Shown here piece by piece: positions 26,530-39,421 of a stretch of 64,000 bases of DNA. This DNA comes from Eledone cirrhosa. Lineage: Eukaryota. The notes under the pieces were generated by a model. That model had not been told where the DNA came from. It saw only the letters and a program-made list of their open reading frames with translations, and ran no database searches. Each line of letters starts with the position of its first letter. The stretch's first letter is position 1. The stretch is taken from assembly GCA_964016885.1 (NCBI GenBank), contig OZ024741.1, positions 119,412,001 to 119,476,000 on the forward strand. Direction: 5' to 3'. The position numbers were made by a program, and so were the translations under genes.

Positions 26530-28241
26530 ATCATCATCATCATCATCATCACCGTTTTACGTCCGTTCTTCCACGCTAGCATGGGTTAGACGGGTTGTCC
26601 TGTTGTGGGCAGTGTCTGGTCGGCTGACCATGCCTTGCTCATACAGGAACTGATCTGGCTTGATTTCTACAGCTGGATGCCCTTCCTAACACCAACCTCA
26701 TTTACAGTGAGTGCTGGGTGCTTTTTCGTGGCGCCTACACGTCCACTTTACAGTGTGGGCTGGGTGCTTTTTTGCCGTGGCACCTCCACGACCACCTTGC
26801 GGTGGGGGGGGGGGGGGGGCATATTGTTTATATGCTTCAGCATGTACCCATGGGAGGTCGGGTACCCTGTATTACTGCGTGACGCCAGAAGTCACGGTCG
26901 TGTGTCATTGACTTTGAGAGGTGTAGTTGGGTAAGGTCGGCTTTTATCACCTCATCCCAAGTCATCTTGGGTCTCCCCACTCCGCGGTTTCCATCAACTT
27001 CTAGTGCTCTGCACCTTTTTATGCAGCTGTCATCCTTCATACGCATCACATGTCCATACCAGCGTAACCGCCTCTCCTGCACGCAGCATTTGATTCCTCT
27101 TATGCTCAGTCTCTCTCTCAATTCATTTATGCTTTGTCGTTCACGTATATTACTGTTACACATCCATCGGAGCATGCAGGCTTCGTTTCTCTCTAATCTA
27201 CGTAAGTCTTCCACCTTCAGCGCCCAGGTCTCACTACCATGCAACATCGCTGTTCGGATACACGCATCATACAGTCTGCCTTTCATTCTGAGGGAGAAGC
27301 CTTTTGCAGCTAGCAGTGGTAGTAGTTCCCTAAACTTCTTCCATCCCGTTCTTACCCTAGTTATTGTACTTTCTGAGCACCCACCTCCGTTGCTAATTCG
27401 GTCACCTAGGTAGCAGAAGCTGTCTACTGTTTCTACAGGGCCCTCCCAGAGATTGGTGGTACTTGTTTCCTGTGGCTGTTTGCTTGCTGTTTCAGCACAG
27501 CTGCTGCATGTGAATCCTACATTCTTAATTAAGCTTCCTGAGATCCCGCTACATCTCTTGTGTACCCATTGTTTGCATTTGGGGCAAAGAATGGAGTTCC
27601 TACCTACACCTTTCCTACATACTGAGCAAGGCCATTTCCCTGAGGGGATCTGGGTTCTGTTTTCTCGTCTACTTATAAGGACCTTAGTCTTTGTCATGTT
27701 GACTTTGAGGCCCTTTCTCTCTAGTCCCTGCTTCCAGGTTTGGAATTTATTCTCTAGTTCTACCATAGATTCAGCTATGAGTGCGAGGTCATCAGCATAC
27801 AGGAGTTCCCATGGGCATCCGGTCTTAAACTCCTCCGTTATTGCCTGCAGGACTATGATGAACAGGAGAGGGCTAAGAACAGAGCCCTGGTGGACCCCAA
27901 CCTGTACGCTAAATTCCTCGCTATACTCATTGCCAATCCTAACTTTGCTGACTGCTCCCCTATACATGGCTTGTACCGCTTTCACAAGCCATTCATCTAC
28001 TCCTAGTTTTCTAAGAGCCCACCAGATTACTGCACGTGGAACTCTGTCAAAGGCTTTCTCAAGGTCGACAAATGCCAAGTAGAGTGGCTTACTTTTAGCT
28101 AGGTACTTTTCCTGTAATTGCCTCACAAGGAAGAGCGCATCAGTGGTGCCTTTCCCTGGAACAAACCCAAATTGCATCTCGTCTATATTCACCCGGTCCC
28201 TAATCAGCTGTGCTATAACTCTTTCTGTTACTTTCATGACC
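26530..28241 (-). mobile_element. RTE family B, 5'-truncated young copy
   Basis: The 466-aa ORF is identical to the C-terminal part of 49274..52393; the 3' UTR also matches where compared. Confidence 0.96.
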
Positions 28242-30290
28242 GTCCTATCGTTTCTGCATGTAACTGCCCCACCGAGATAATTTCTGAATATTTAGACACC
28301 ATCCTCGCCCCATTGGTCAGCAATCATGCCCTTAGACTTTTCAACTCTTTCTCCTTCCCTCCTGGTCCCTCTCGCCTTCTCTTTACCCTGGACATCACTT
28401 CTCTCTATACCGTCATCGCTCATAATGACGGCCTCCGCGCTCTCCAGCATTTTTTAGATTTACACCCTACCCCTTACCCCAGCACTACCACTCTTCTCCG
28501 TCTGACTGAGCTTGTTCTCACCCTTAATGGATTTTCTTTTTCGGGTGAATTTTAGCAGCAGGTCTCTGGGGTAGCGATGGGGACCAGAATGAGTCCAAAC
28601 TCTGCCAACTTGTTTGTTGGCTATGTCGAAGCCCAGATCTTCTCCCAGTACGCTGGACCGATTCCTGAGCTATACGGTCGTTATATCGACGACTGTATCG
28701 GCGCCACCTCTCTATCACGAGAACAGCTCAACTGTTTTCTTTCTTTTGTCCTATCTTTCCATCCTGCTCTCAATTTCACCACCTCTGTCTCTGATTCTTC
28801 TGTTGCTTTTCTAGATATTTCTCTATCTATCTCTCTCACCACACCCTCTCTACTCCATCTACATTAAACCAACAGACTTCACCTCATCCCATCCAACTGA
28901 CACCAAACATTCCATACCCTATTCCCAATTCTTCCGTCTTCGTCGACTCTGAAGCCAGGACGACAATTTTGAAATCCATTCCCTTCGCATGGCTTCCTGC
29001 TTCATCCAGCGTGGATATCCCCCCCACCTTAATCCAAGCTGCTCTCACCCGCGCCCGTGAAACAGACCGCACCACAGCTCTCTCACCTCATCCCCGCCCT
29101 CCCAACAGCCGTGTTCCTTTCCCTCTCACCTACCACCCCAGCACCCTACCACTCCGGCGACATATCCTCCGTTCCTTCCGTATCCTCTCTTCTGACCCCG
29201 TCACTTCTCGCCTTTTTTCCAAACCCACCCATTACTGCTTTTAAGCGCGCCCGAAACCTCCACGACCTCCTGATTTGGTTCTTTTTCGTCCTCTCCCACG
29301 ACTCCATCTGGCTCTCATCCTTGTTCCTGTTCCAACACTTGTCCCTTTATTTCCACCCTCACCACTCTTACAGGCCCTAACGGGTCTTTCCGTATCCGCC
29401 ATACCTTCACCTGCACATCCATCCATGTTGTCTATACCCTCTGGTGTTCCCTTTGCGGGTCTTTATATATAGGACAAACGAGACGCCGTATGGCGGACCA
29501 TTTTGCCAAACATTTGAGGGACATACGACTCAGTTTGGATACTCCTGTCGTCCGTCATTTCTGTTCTCCTGGTCATTCTTCCCTACATGATTCAGTCCTG
29601 GGTGTCCTTTTACATCATGGATCACAGGCCTCGCGCACCAGGACTGAACAAAGTCTGATTCACCATCTTGGGTCCTATTCCCCTCTTGGATTCAACTCAC
29701 CTCCCCAATTTCTCTAATACCCTGTCCATTATCACATCCATTGATTCCTATCGCTTTCTCTTGATCATTAGCAGCCTCTCTTACTAATAATACATGCCGA
29801 TACACACCTTTATATTAACATACTTTTGCTCATAGCTTCGTACTTACATGCACACACACTCTTTTACTCACATATACACACATATCTTCTTAGCTTCGTA
29901 CGGACCTATAATAACACACACACACACACTAACTCATGCTTACGCACATGCTCAAGTATAGCTCTTTTTACAAAACGTTTTTTTTTCCATTTCAGGTAGA
30001 CGCCTGCCATCATCCACTTTTCTAAAAAAACAAATTATACACAAAACGCCAGCACCAACAGTTTTGCAAGAGATGTTAACATGAATTTACCTGTTATTTT
30101 TAACTACAGACATTTTTTCCAATTCCAACCCGCCCGTCCCCTCAATCTATTTTATTTCTCATTCTTTCTTCTGATGAAGGACTAGAGTCCAAAACGTTAA
30201 GACCCTCTTCCTGCTATATCAAGTGTTAACCTAATATATACCTTCCATATACTGTACCGATTGTGTTGTTATTTCTGTTTACCTTTTACA
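28238..30290 (+). mobile_element. Degenerate 5'-truncated Penelope-like element (probably Neptune-type): RT + GIY-YIG
   Basis: RPIVS.CNCPT, FTLDITSLYT, MGTRMSPNSANLFVG, GRYIDD, then YTLWCSLCGSLYIGQTRRR..DHF..H; hammerhead in the 3' UTR. Confidence 0.88.
30167..30202 (+). ncRNA. Minimal type I hammerhead ribozyme, core mutated (AAAA for GAAA)
   Basis: UCUU-CUGAUGA-A-GGAC-UAGA-GUCC-AAAACGUU-AAGA: stem I UCUU/AAGA, stem II GGAC/GUCC, palindromic AACGUU. Confidence 0.75.
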
Positions 30291-30296
30291 TACATA

Positions 30297-30331
<35 letters not shown>

Positions 30332-30667
30332 GAAGGCACATGGCTTAGTGGTTAGAGCATTGGCCTTGCAATCGAAAGGTTGTGAGTTCAATTCTCAGAC
30401 TGGGTGATGTGGTGTTTCCTTGAGCAAGAAACTTTATTTCACATTGCTCCAGTTTACTCAGCTGTAGAAATGAGATGATAGGGACTGGGGTCCCTATCAT
30501 TCCACTGCAAAGTGGTTGTGTAGGTGCCACGGCAAAAAAGCACCCAGCACTCACTGTAAATGAGGTTGGTGTTAGAAGGGCATCCAGCTGTAGAAATCAA
30601 GCCAGAATCGGTTCCCGTCCCACCCTTGCAAGCAGGGGAAAAGCGGACGTAAAATGATAATGATGAT
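30332..30667 (+). mobile_element. tRNA-derived SINE with an RTE family C tail
   Basis: Same family as 25981-26304; inserted in a (TA)n tract. Confidence 0.9.
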
Positions 30668-31477
30668 ATATATGTATATATATATATTAAAGTGTTAAAC
30701 AATATTCAATAATTATGTCAAAGAATGAGTTTTACAGTAGATTGGAAGCACCCAACTATACATAGGTATATATTTATCCTTAACATCCTTCAATCTATTA
30801 TCTTATTTTATTTTTATCTTCGTCGTTATTATTTACCTTAAACATACTGGCTCATTAATATATACCTATATACATAATAGTTATTTAAATATTTATAACA
30901 ATAAGTACTTCAAAAGCTTTACATACCTAATATGTTGGTATATTTGTTAAAGTTTGAATTTAGGTAAATAATCAACAGTATATTATTTCACTCTTTATGT
31001 GCCAGCTAAATCCTTTAAATGTTACCCTCATAAAATTCATAAGTTTAGAAATGATAACACACTTATCGAATTTATTAAAATAATATATAAATAACCAGCA
31101 AATAATCCTGAAATCTGGAGTCTTCACCCTAATATTATAAATTAAATATTTTCAAATTTAACCGTTTAACTTTCGGAAAAAATCTCCTTCTGCATATATC
31201 ACCCCCCCCCCTTTATTTTTCCCTCTTTATAAATCCTTTTACAGTGGCTATTCATGAGACGTTTTCCTAGATATATCGTAGTATCATACACTTTAAAACT
31301 TTTAGAACAGTTACAGTATGCAACGTTTTTTCTTACTCACACATTCTCTAATGAATTTATTACGTTTTCGCATTTTCTCATAGATAGGCTATATAAGTAA
31401 AATTTTCTCTTGGGTTAATCACTACCTTCATTAAATCTTAACCATTTAACGTCTCAGAGTATGTCATGTATCATTAT

Positions 31478-31528
31478 ATTTTGTCTGATGAGGACGTACT
31501 GTTGTACATCCGAAATATGTACTAAAAT
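31478..31528 (+). ncRNA. Hammerhead ribozyme in the upstream pLTR copy
   Basis: AUUUUGU-CUGAUGA-GGACGUAC-UGUU-GUACAUCC-GAAA-UAUGUA...AAAAU. Confidence 0.8.
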
Positions 31529-32169
31529 GTAATTGATCAAAAGAACATCTATTTTATTAATACTTATATTTTAATATTAATAACTCCAGAAAATTACTTT
31601 TCCGTTGAGTGCTTCCAATCTACTGTAAAACTCATTCTTTGACATAATCATTGAATATTGTTTAACACTTTAATATATATTGCTCCCAACTGGTTGAGCG
31701 CTTTTCTATACAATAGATTGCATCATAATCTATAAAGCTCAGTGTATGGTCACGTTTCTTTGTTATAGAAATCTATGATATAGAATTTCTTCAATTGAAA
31801 TTTACAATTCAGTATTCAAAATAGCTTCAATTGGGTCATGGCACATATATTTTTTTCAATTTCACCCACAATTACGCAAAAAATCGATAAAACTCAATAT
31901 TTTACGATATCCTCTCTCATTTCACCTGGTTACCTCTTTCCATTACCATTCAAAATCTATACAACTTCATACTTTCTGCTACTTTCTCTTTCCAAGCTGA
32001 AACAACACATAACATGAAACTAAATTATTCTTTTCATTTTACATTGTTCATGTTGATGGTGATACTGTCCGTTTTACTCTCTCATATCATCTGCTTACCT
32101 CTATCTACAACCCACACATTTTGCTACTTTCTCTTTTATACTAAATTTGGTTTATTCACCGTTAGCAGC

Positions 32170-33289
32170 TATGCGCATCTTTTAAAAATGTGAGTTACAA
32201 TGTTTTTCAATCGTTCCTCGATCTAACTTTTAGTTGCTTCAAACTTACTGATTTATTTCCAAACGCATACAAACACACACTCACTTCAAATGATAAAAAA
32301 ACATTTAAAGCAATTAAACAACGTGCGTGATTTATAACCACACTAACTTTTAGTTGCTTCAAACTTAATGATTTATTTACAAACACATACAAACACACAC
32401 TCACATAAATTGATCAAAAAAATACTAATACCCTTACATTTCAACTCATACACTTTACAGACTAAACAACAAAAACATTAGCCACATTAACGTACAATTT
32501 CGTTTATTCTAAATGTGAGTCTTCAAACTGATTTATTTATTTGCAAACACATACAAACACACACTCACATCAAATGAATAATTAAACTTTAAATCAATTT
32601 AACCACGTGCCGGATTTCTAACCACACATACACACTTCATTAACAAATAAAAATTCTAATTTGCGACAATTATTTTCTTTCAATCGTAAAATCAGACGAC
32701 ATAATTATTTTCATTTTCGGTTGTTAATCTTCATGGCGATAATACTACCCTTCCATTTCACATCATGTGAGTTAACAAATAATTTTTTAAAACACTATTC
32801 GCAGACTTCCTTAAACAACAAGATCAATTGCGTAGCCGGTATTCATTATGTAGCCGGTAAAGCTATGTAGCAGGTAAAAGGCTATGTAGTCAGTACGATG
32901 TTATATAGCATGAAAAGTTTATATAACTGGTAAATGTTATGTCGCCGTTAGCATGTGTGTGTGTGTGTATTACCGTCAATACACACGTGTGTGTGTGCGT
33001 GTTTCAATGTAGTTTTTGTTAACAATGACGAGAGTACAATCGCGCCAGAAACAATTCAATTTCTCATTCTTAACTGCTAGGGACGTTGACAGGTTCATTA
33101 AGTACTTTCAGTAAGGAAAATCATAGACAGTGTCTTTCATTAGAAATATGGTAATAAAAGGTTTTAGTGTTCATATTAACAAAATATAAACAAACGTATT
33201 TATTTCACGAGGCTCGATAAGGATAAATATATATCAAATATATAAGAACCCTAGAGCAAATCCCGAGCAACGCCGGGCTATTCTGCTAG
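32170..33289 (+). mobile_element. Non-autonomous Helitron-like segment (3' end clear, 5' end uncertain)
   Basis: Ends cccgagcaacgccgggc-tattctg-CTAG followed by T, the canonical Helitron hairpin plus CTAG; internal imperfect repeats of about 120 bp at 32224-32620. Confidence 0.65.
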
Positions 33290-33301
33290 TATTCTATAAA
33301 T

Positions 33302-35503
33302 ATGGATTTCTTAAACTTCCTGACTTCCCTCAAAGATATACCCATACCTTCAAATGAAGAATACATGAAGAAAACTATAGAACAGACAAACTCTTTTATT
33401 AGAAGATTGAGATGGAGAGCTTTTCATTTCGAAAATAAAGATGCTGAAAGAAAAACCAACAACAATCAGTTTGAATCTTTGTTTAAATCAAGAAAAAATC
33501 CTCCATACAATAAACTTCTGGAGGTTTTTGAAACAGAAATGCTCGGCATAATCAAAAAAATTTAATTTAGAACTCTAAAAGATAAAATCACTGAAATAAA
33601 AAATGTTAATTGGTTAAATCTGACAAAACTAATAATTTATATGGGATAAGCAAAGATGAATATAACGACCTGATTTTGAAAGAACTTAGGAAAAATTACA
33701 AAAAAGCCCCTGCTGACGATCTTACTGAAATTAATGAAGAAGCCTATAAATTAATTACCAATCTAGGAATACAAGGAAGAACTGAGCCATTCTTACCTAG
33801 ACAGCCAAGGATTAACCTGAAAGATCATAAAAGAAACTTTAAGGAAGAGATGCCAGTTAGACTGATTACTCCATCGAAATCGGATATAGGAGTAATCAGT
33901 AAAAACATCATAGATAGAATATTACCCACTCTTAAATTGAGATCTAGTTTGTGCTTATGGAATGATACAAACGAGGTCATTGAATGGTACACGAATATTG
34001 AAGATAAGAAATACTATAAATTCATCCAGATGGATATTACTAGCTACTATTCTTCTATAACACCTAAACTTCTAAATAAGGCCCTCTCATATGCTTATAA
34101 GCATACTGATCTAACCACAAATGAAATAGATATAATTTTAACAACTAGAAGAACTCTCATTAACTTCAATAACGAACTTTGGACACGCTCAGATAGAGAT
34201 AGAAACTTTGATATCACTATTGGGGCATCTGATTCCGCGCAAATCACAGATCTTCTGGGAATTTTCATATTAAACATGATAAATAGAAAACTGCCGGAGA
34301 TTAACGGTGGTTTAACGGTGGTTTATATAGGGACGACATTTTATTTACAGTCAAACATAACAATATAGAATTAAATAGAGTTAAGAAAAGTATAATAGAA
34401 TTCTTTAAAACGTACAACCTTAAATTAGAAGTAGAAAATGGTACCAAAATAGTTCATTTCCTTGACGTTACCGTTAACTTAAACACTGGCTTCTATTACC
34501 CTTTTCATAAGCCTAATGAAAACTTAAATTATGTTAGTAACTATTCAAATCACCCTAGATCTGTAAAAAATGCTATAGTAAATAGTGTGCAAAAACGTAT
34601 TAATAAAATATCAGCTAATAAAGATATATTTGATAAAAATGCTGAATACTACAACAATGCGTTAAAAAGAGCAGGATATATGAATAATATAGAATATGTA
34701 GATAATAATAATCCAAGTATTATTCCTAATAATAATAATAAAAATAACATATATAAGAGTAACTCTAATAATTATAATTCAAACACACATACGTTAAATA
34801 AATCGAGAATACGAACTAGATCTAAACCAGTCTCCTCGGTCGCAGTTAAAACACCAATCGCAAAACTATTCTTTAAAGCTCTTTACACCTCTTTCCCTAC
34901 TCAACATAAATACCATTCCATTTTTAATAGACATATCATTAAATTCTCGTATTCTACAACCAGTAACATGGTCCAAAACATCGCCAAATTAAACACCAAA
35001 ATCCTAAAACCAAACCAACATAATAATCATAATAATAGAGTTAACATTGATGATACTAAACCAAAATGTAATTGTAGAAATAAAACTAATTGCAAAATAA
35101 TTGTTTAGATAGTAATTTGGTTTATAAATGCACCGTAAAAACTGATCACAAAACATACAATTACATTGGATCAACCTCGTCCACATTCAAAGCGCGTTTT
35201 GCGAACCATAAATGCTCATTCTCGAACTCTAAGAGGAAATCATCCACGTCTTTATCACAGCTCATATGGTCTTTAAAAGAGAAGAATTTAAAATACTCCA
35301 TTCTTTGGACAAAACTTCGGAACTGTGGAATTTACCGCAACTCTAGTATATCAAATAACTGCCCGCTCTGTACAATGGAGACCCTGTTGATTATTAATAA
35401 CTATGAGACCCTAATTAACAAAAAAAGTGAACTATTCTCTAGTTGCCTCCATAAAGTTACGTCCACTTTTTTAGCCTCACATAAAATGAGAAAGAAACAA
35501 TAA
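33302..35503 (+). pseudogene. Disrupted Naiad-like PLE polyprotein (RT + C-terminal GIY-YIG endonuclease)
   Basis: SLKDIPIP..FIRRLRWRAF, LKDHK.NF, RLITPSKSDIG, DITSYYSSI, YRDD (34326-34337), FLDV, CNC, VYKC..YIGST..FKARFANH, CPLC..E..I, NKKSEL; TAA at 33563 and several frameshifts. Confidence 0.9.
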
Positions 35504-37164
35504 CACCAAACCAATAAAAACTCGGTTACCAGGAATATATAATCAACAGTAAAACACATTAATGGCCTTTGATATTGCTTTATTTTATAACTATCTATAG
35601 AAGAAACAACGCTGGAATAAATGGTACTTGTTCAATAATATGCCTAAACATTGATACACACAACATTATTTGTTAACTTTGATCAATACCATCATTTCTT
35701 TATCTCCTTATTTCTCTATCTATCTTCCTATCTATGCTTATAATTTAGTATTATACCTAATCCTTACATATTTACGGAATTTATATAACTGTGAATTTTT
35801 AATACATTTGTGATATCTTTTAAATTTTAGTTTAATACCCAATCCATAAATTTTTATGAAACTTATCTATAACTGTAAATTTTTAATGAGATTTTGATCT
35901 ATTATTTATAGTATAATATAATATAGTATATGCATATATTTCTTTTAAATATATTTACTGCACTATAAAATCTAAAATTTGAGACGGATTCAAAATTATA
36001 TATAAATGTGAATTTTTGCTGCGCTTTTGATCTCTTATTTATTTGTAATATAATGTATTATAATAAGTATGTAGTTATATATTATATTTTATATATTTTT
36101 AAATATTTTTAAATATACCTACAACATTTCTATATATATGATTCAAATATAGAGAAAATATCCAAACTAAAAATTATTATAGACATTATTTTGAATTCTG
36201 AATTATCCATACACTCATTGTTGTTTTTCTTATATATATATATGTATGTATTTAAATGTAACACGTTGAACTATACTTTATAAAATTATAACTGTTATCA
36301 TTTACCTAAAGTATACTACACTAATAACACCTAATATATATCTATATATATACCTCCCTGTATCTAATAATATGTTGATATCTTGGTTGAAGAATAATTA
36401 GTGCATTTACACCCAACTATACATAGGTATATATTTATCCTTAACATCCTTCAATCTATTATCTTATTTTATTTTTTTCTTCATCGTTATTATTTACCTT
36501 AAACATACTGGCTCATTAATATATACCTATATACATAATAGTTATTTAAATATTTATAACAACAAGTACTTCAAAAGCTTTACATACCTAATATGTTGGT
36601 ATATTTGTTAAAGTTTGAATTTAGGTAAATAATCAACAGTATATTATTTCACTCTTTATGTGCCAGCTAAATCCTTTAAATGTTACCCTCATAAAATTCA
36701 GAAGTTTAGAAATGATAACACACTTATCGAATTTATTAAAATAATATATAAATAACCAGCAAATAATCCTGAAATCTGGAGTCTTCATGCTAATATTATA
36801 AATTAAATATTTTCAAATTTAACCGTTTAACTTTCGGAAAAAATCTCCTTCTGCATATATCACACACACCCCCTCCCCCACCTTTATTTTTCCCTCTTTA
36901 TAAATCCTTTTCCAGTGGCTATCACTGGCTGTTATGATTCATGAGATGTTTTCCTAGATATATCGTAGTATCATACATTTTAAAACTTCTAGAACAGTTA
37001 CAGTAAGCAACGTTTTTTCTTACTCACACATTCTCTAATGAATTTTTTACGTTTTCGCATTTTCTCATAGATAGGCTATATAAGTAAAATTTTCTCTTCG
37101 GTTAATCACTACCTTCATTAAATCTTAACCATTTAACATCTCAGGGTATGTCATGTATCATTAT

Positions 37165-37217
37165 ATTTTGTCTGATGAGGACGTACTGTTGTACATCCGA
37201 AATATGTATAATAAAAT
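37165..37217 (+). ncRNA. Hammerhead ribozyme in the downstream pLTR copy
   Basis: Same core as 31485; stem I AUUUUGU/AUAAAAU. Confidence 0.8.
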
Positions 37218-37273
37218 GTAATTGATCAAAAGAACATCTATTGTATTAATACTTATATTTTAATATATATATA

Positions 37274-37690
37274 TATGTAATCTTAGTTTTTCGAATATTA
37301 TTAATAACATTCGATTTGTTTGCAATTATGCAAACAAGCCTCAATTTTATAACCATGTCAGTAGAATGAACACTTCATTCTTGTTCTTATATTGGCATGC
37401 GATCAGTCACTGAGTATTTTTGAAAATACCATATATTTTCACTAGCTCTGACAGTTTGGCAGGTGAACAGTGAGCTGTACTGATGAAGGGTGATACTCAG
37501 AAACATTAGTGTCTGCAGTTCTGTTCGCATGCCAACATAAGAGCAAGAATGAAGTGTTCATTCTACTGACATGGCTATAAAATTGAGGCTTGTTTGCATA
37601 ATTGCAAACGAATCGAATGTTATTATTAGTATTCAAAATACTCAGATTACATTTATTGTATTCAGCCATGTAGAGCGAAATTTTCTTTTA
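37274..37690 (+). mobile_element. Short fold-back element (arms about 128 bp) enclosing a hammerhead; solo PLE pLTR-like
   Basis: 37275-37402 is the reverse complement of 37525-37652 at about 90 percent identity; flanked by TA tracts. Confidence 0.75.
37473..37520 (+). ncRNA. Type I hammerhead ribozyme with a GUC cleavage triplet
   Basis: AGCUGUA-CUGAUGA-A-GGGU-GAU-ACUC-A-GAAACAU-UA-GUGUC/UGCAGUU; stems I, II and III all pair; one extra A before GAAA. Confidence 0.75.
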
Positions 37691-37753
37691 TATATATATA
37701 TATATATATACATGTATATATATACATATATATATACATGTGTATATATATAC

Positions 37754-37839
<86 letters not shown>

Positions 37840-37853
37840 GTGTATATATATAC

Positions 37854-37945
<92 letters not shown>
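37690..37945. repeat. (TA)n microsatellite
   Basis: Seen directly. Confidence 0.95.
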
Positions 37946-37946
<1 letters not shown>

Positions 37947-39050
37947 ATGTAGTGGGATCACAGGTAAGCTAACTAAGAACATAGATTTTACATGTGGCCG
38001 GTGCTCTGGTGCAATAAGTAGCAGCAAGTGCCCACAGAATACTAGCTCTTTCAATTGCGCAGAAGGTTCTATAGAAATAGTGGACAGCTTCCGTTACCTG
38101 GGTGACAAAATCAGCAGTCGGGGAGGGTACTCTGAAAGTACAGTAGCTAGAGTCAGAACTGGATGGAAAAAGTTCAGAGAGCTTATACCACTATTAGCCG
38201 CTAAAGGGTTCTCCCTAAAAATGAAAGGCAGGTTGTATGATGCCTGCAAACGAACAGCAATGCGGCATGGCAGTGAGACCTGGGCATTGTGTGCAGAAGA
38301 TATACGCAGACTAGAGAGGAACGAAGCTTGCATGCTCCGCTGGATGTGTAATAGTAATATACGTGAACGGCAAAGCATAAACGAACTAAGGGAAAAATTA
38401 GAAATAAGAGGGATCAGATGTTGTTTACTCGAGAGAAGGCTACGTTGGTATGGTCACGTGATGCGCATGAAAGACTACAGCTGTATAAAAAAGTGCAGGG
38501 CAATAAAGATAGAGGGTAGCCACGGAGTAGGCAGACCCAGAAAAACCTGGGACGACCTGATAAATTCCGACCTCATACACTTACACCTCTCCAAGACAAT
38601 GTCACTGGACCGAGATCTTTGGCGGTACTCAGTAATAGAGAAGACCCGCCTTACCTAAATACAAAGTAAAACCTACTACAGTCAGTAGGCATCTCTAACA
38701 AAATACACCCCCGTCCCACCACCACCACCCCATCCGCACCGCCCCTTTCAATGTAAAGTTATGTTGGTGCCACAACATCCAGGCCGAAACAAATGAGATC
38801 GTGTAGGTGTCACAACAAAAAAACACACAGTCCACGCTGTAATGTGACCGTGTCGGCAACACGGTAAAAACCTCCCAGCCCCACACTGTAAATGTGGTTG
38901 GTGTTAGGAAGGGCATCCAGCTGTAGAAAACCCGCCAGACAGTCCTATGCGAGCAAGACAACCACTCTTGCCTCAAGTGGGAAAATTCCCGTCCAAACCC
39001 ATGCAAGCGTGGAACATGGACGTTAAATGATGATGATGATGATGATGATG
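37946..39050 (+). mobile_element. RTE family A 3' fragment with complete 3' UTR and (TGA)n tail
   Basis: ORF 38080..38658 (DSFRYLG...RRLRWYGHVMRM...GRPRKTW). Confidence 0.93.
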
Positions 39051-39072
39051 ATATATATATATATACGTATAT

Positions 39073-39421
39073 ATCATCATTATCATCATCATCATCGTTT
39101 AACGTCCATGTTCCACGCTTGCATGGGTTTGGACGGGAGTTTTCCCACTTGAGGCAAGAGTGGTTGTCTTGTTCGCATAGGACTGTCTGGCGGGTTTTCT
39201 ACAGCTGGATGCCCTTCCTAACACCAACCACATTTACAGTGTGGGAGTGGGAGGTTTTTACCGTGTTGCCTACACGGCCACATTACAGCGTGGACTGTGT
39301 GTTTTTTTGTCGTGACACCTACACGATCTCATTTGTTTCGGCCTGGATGTTGTGGCACCAACATAACTTTGAAAGGGGCGGTGTGGATGGGGGGGGGGGG
39401 GGGGTATTTTGTTAGAGATGC
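39073..39421 (-). mobile_element. RTE family A 3' UTR fragment, tail-to-tail with 37946-39050
   Basis: Reverse complement of 38690-39050. Confidence 0.9.

Larger units (their letters stand above)
30680..37265 (+). mobile_element. Penelope-like element (Naiad-like) with direct pseudo-LTRs and an inverted 5' end
   Basis: Direct repeat of about 830-850 bp (30749-31580 and 36411-37265), each copy with a hammerhead; inverted repeat of about 70 bp (30680-30751 and 31609-31680); RT + GIY-YIG pseudo-ORF between the repeats. Confidence 0.88.

Noticed and set aside
27453-28082. Antisense ORFs of 150-215 aa recurring in RTE copies (also 45085..45729, 51148..51777)
   Set aside because: Shadows of the RT frame, repeated only because the element is repeated; no domain signal.
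30340-30420. tRNA gene (also 26230-26300 and 43825-43915)
   Set aside because: A and B boxes are present, but there is no full cloverleaf and the sequence continues into SINE core and tail.
33302-35503. Selenocysteine recoding, as reported for some Naiad elements
   Set aside because: The in-frame stop seen is TAA, the other breaks are frameshifts, and the Cys motifs use TGT/TGC in this copy.
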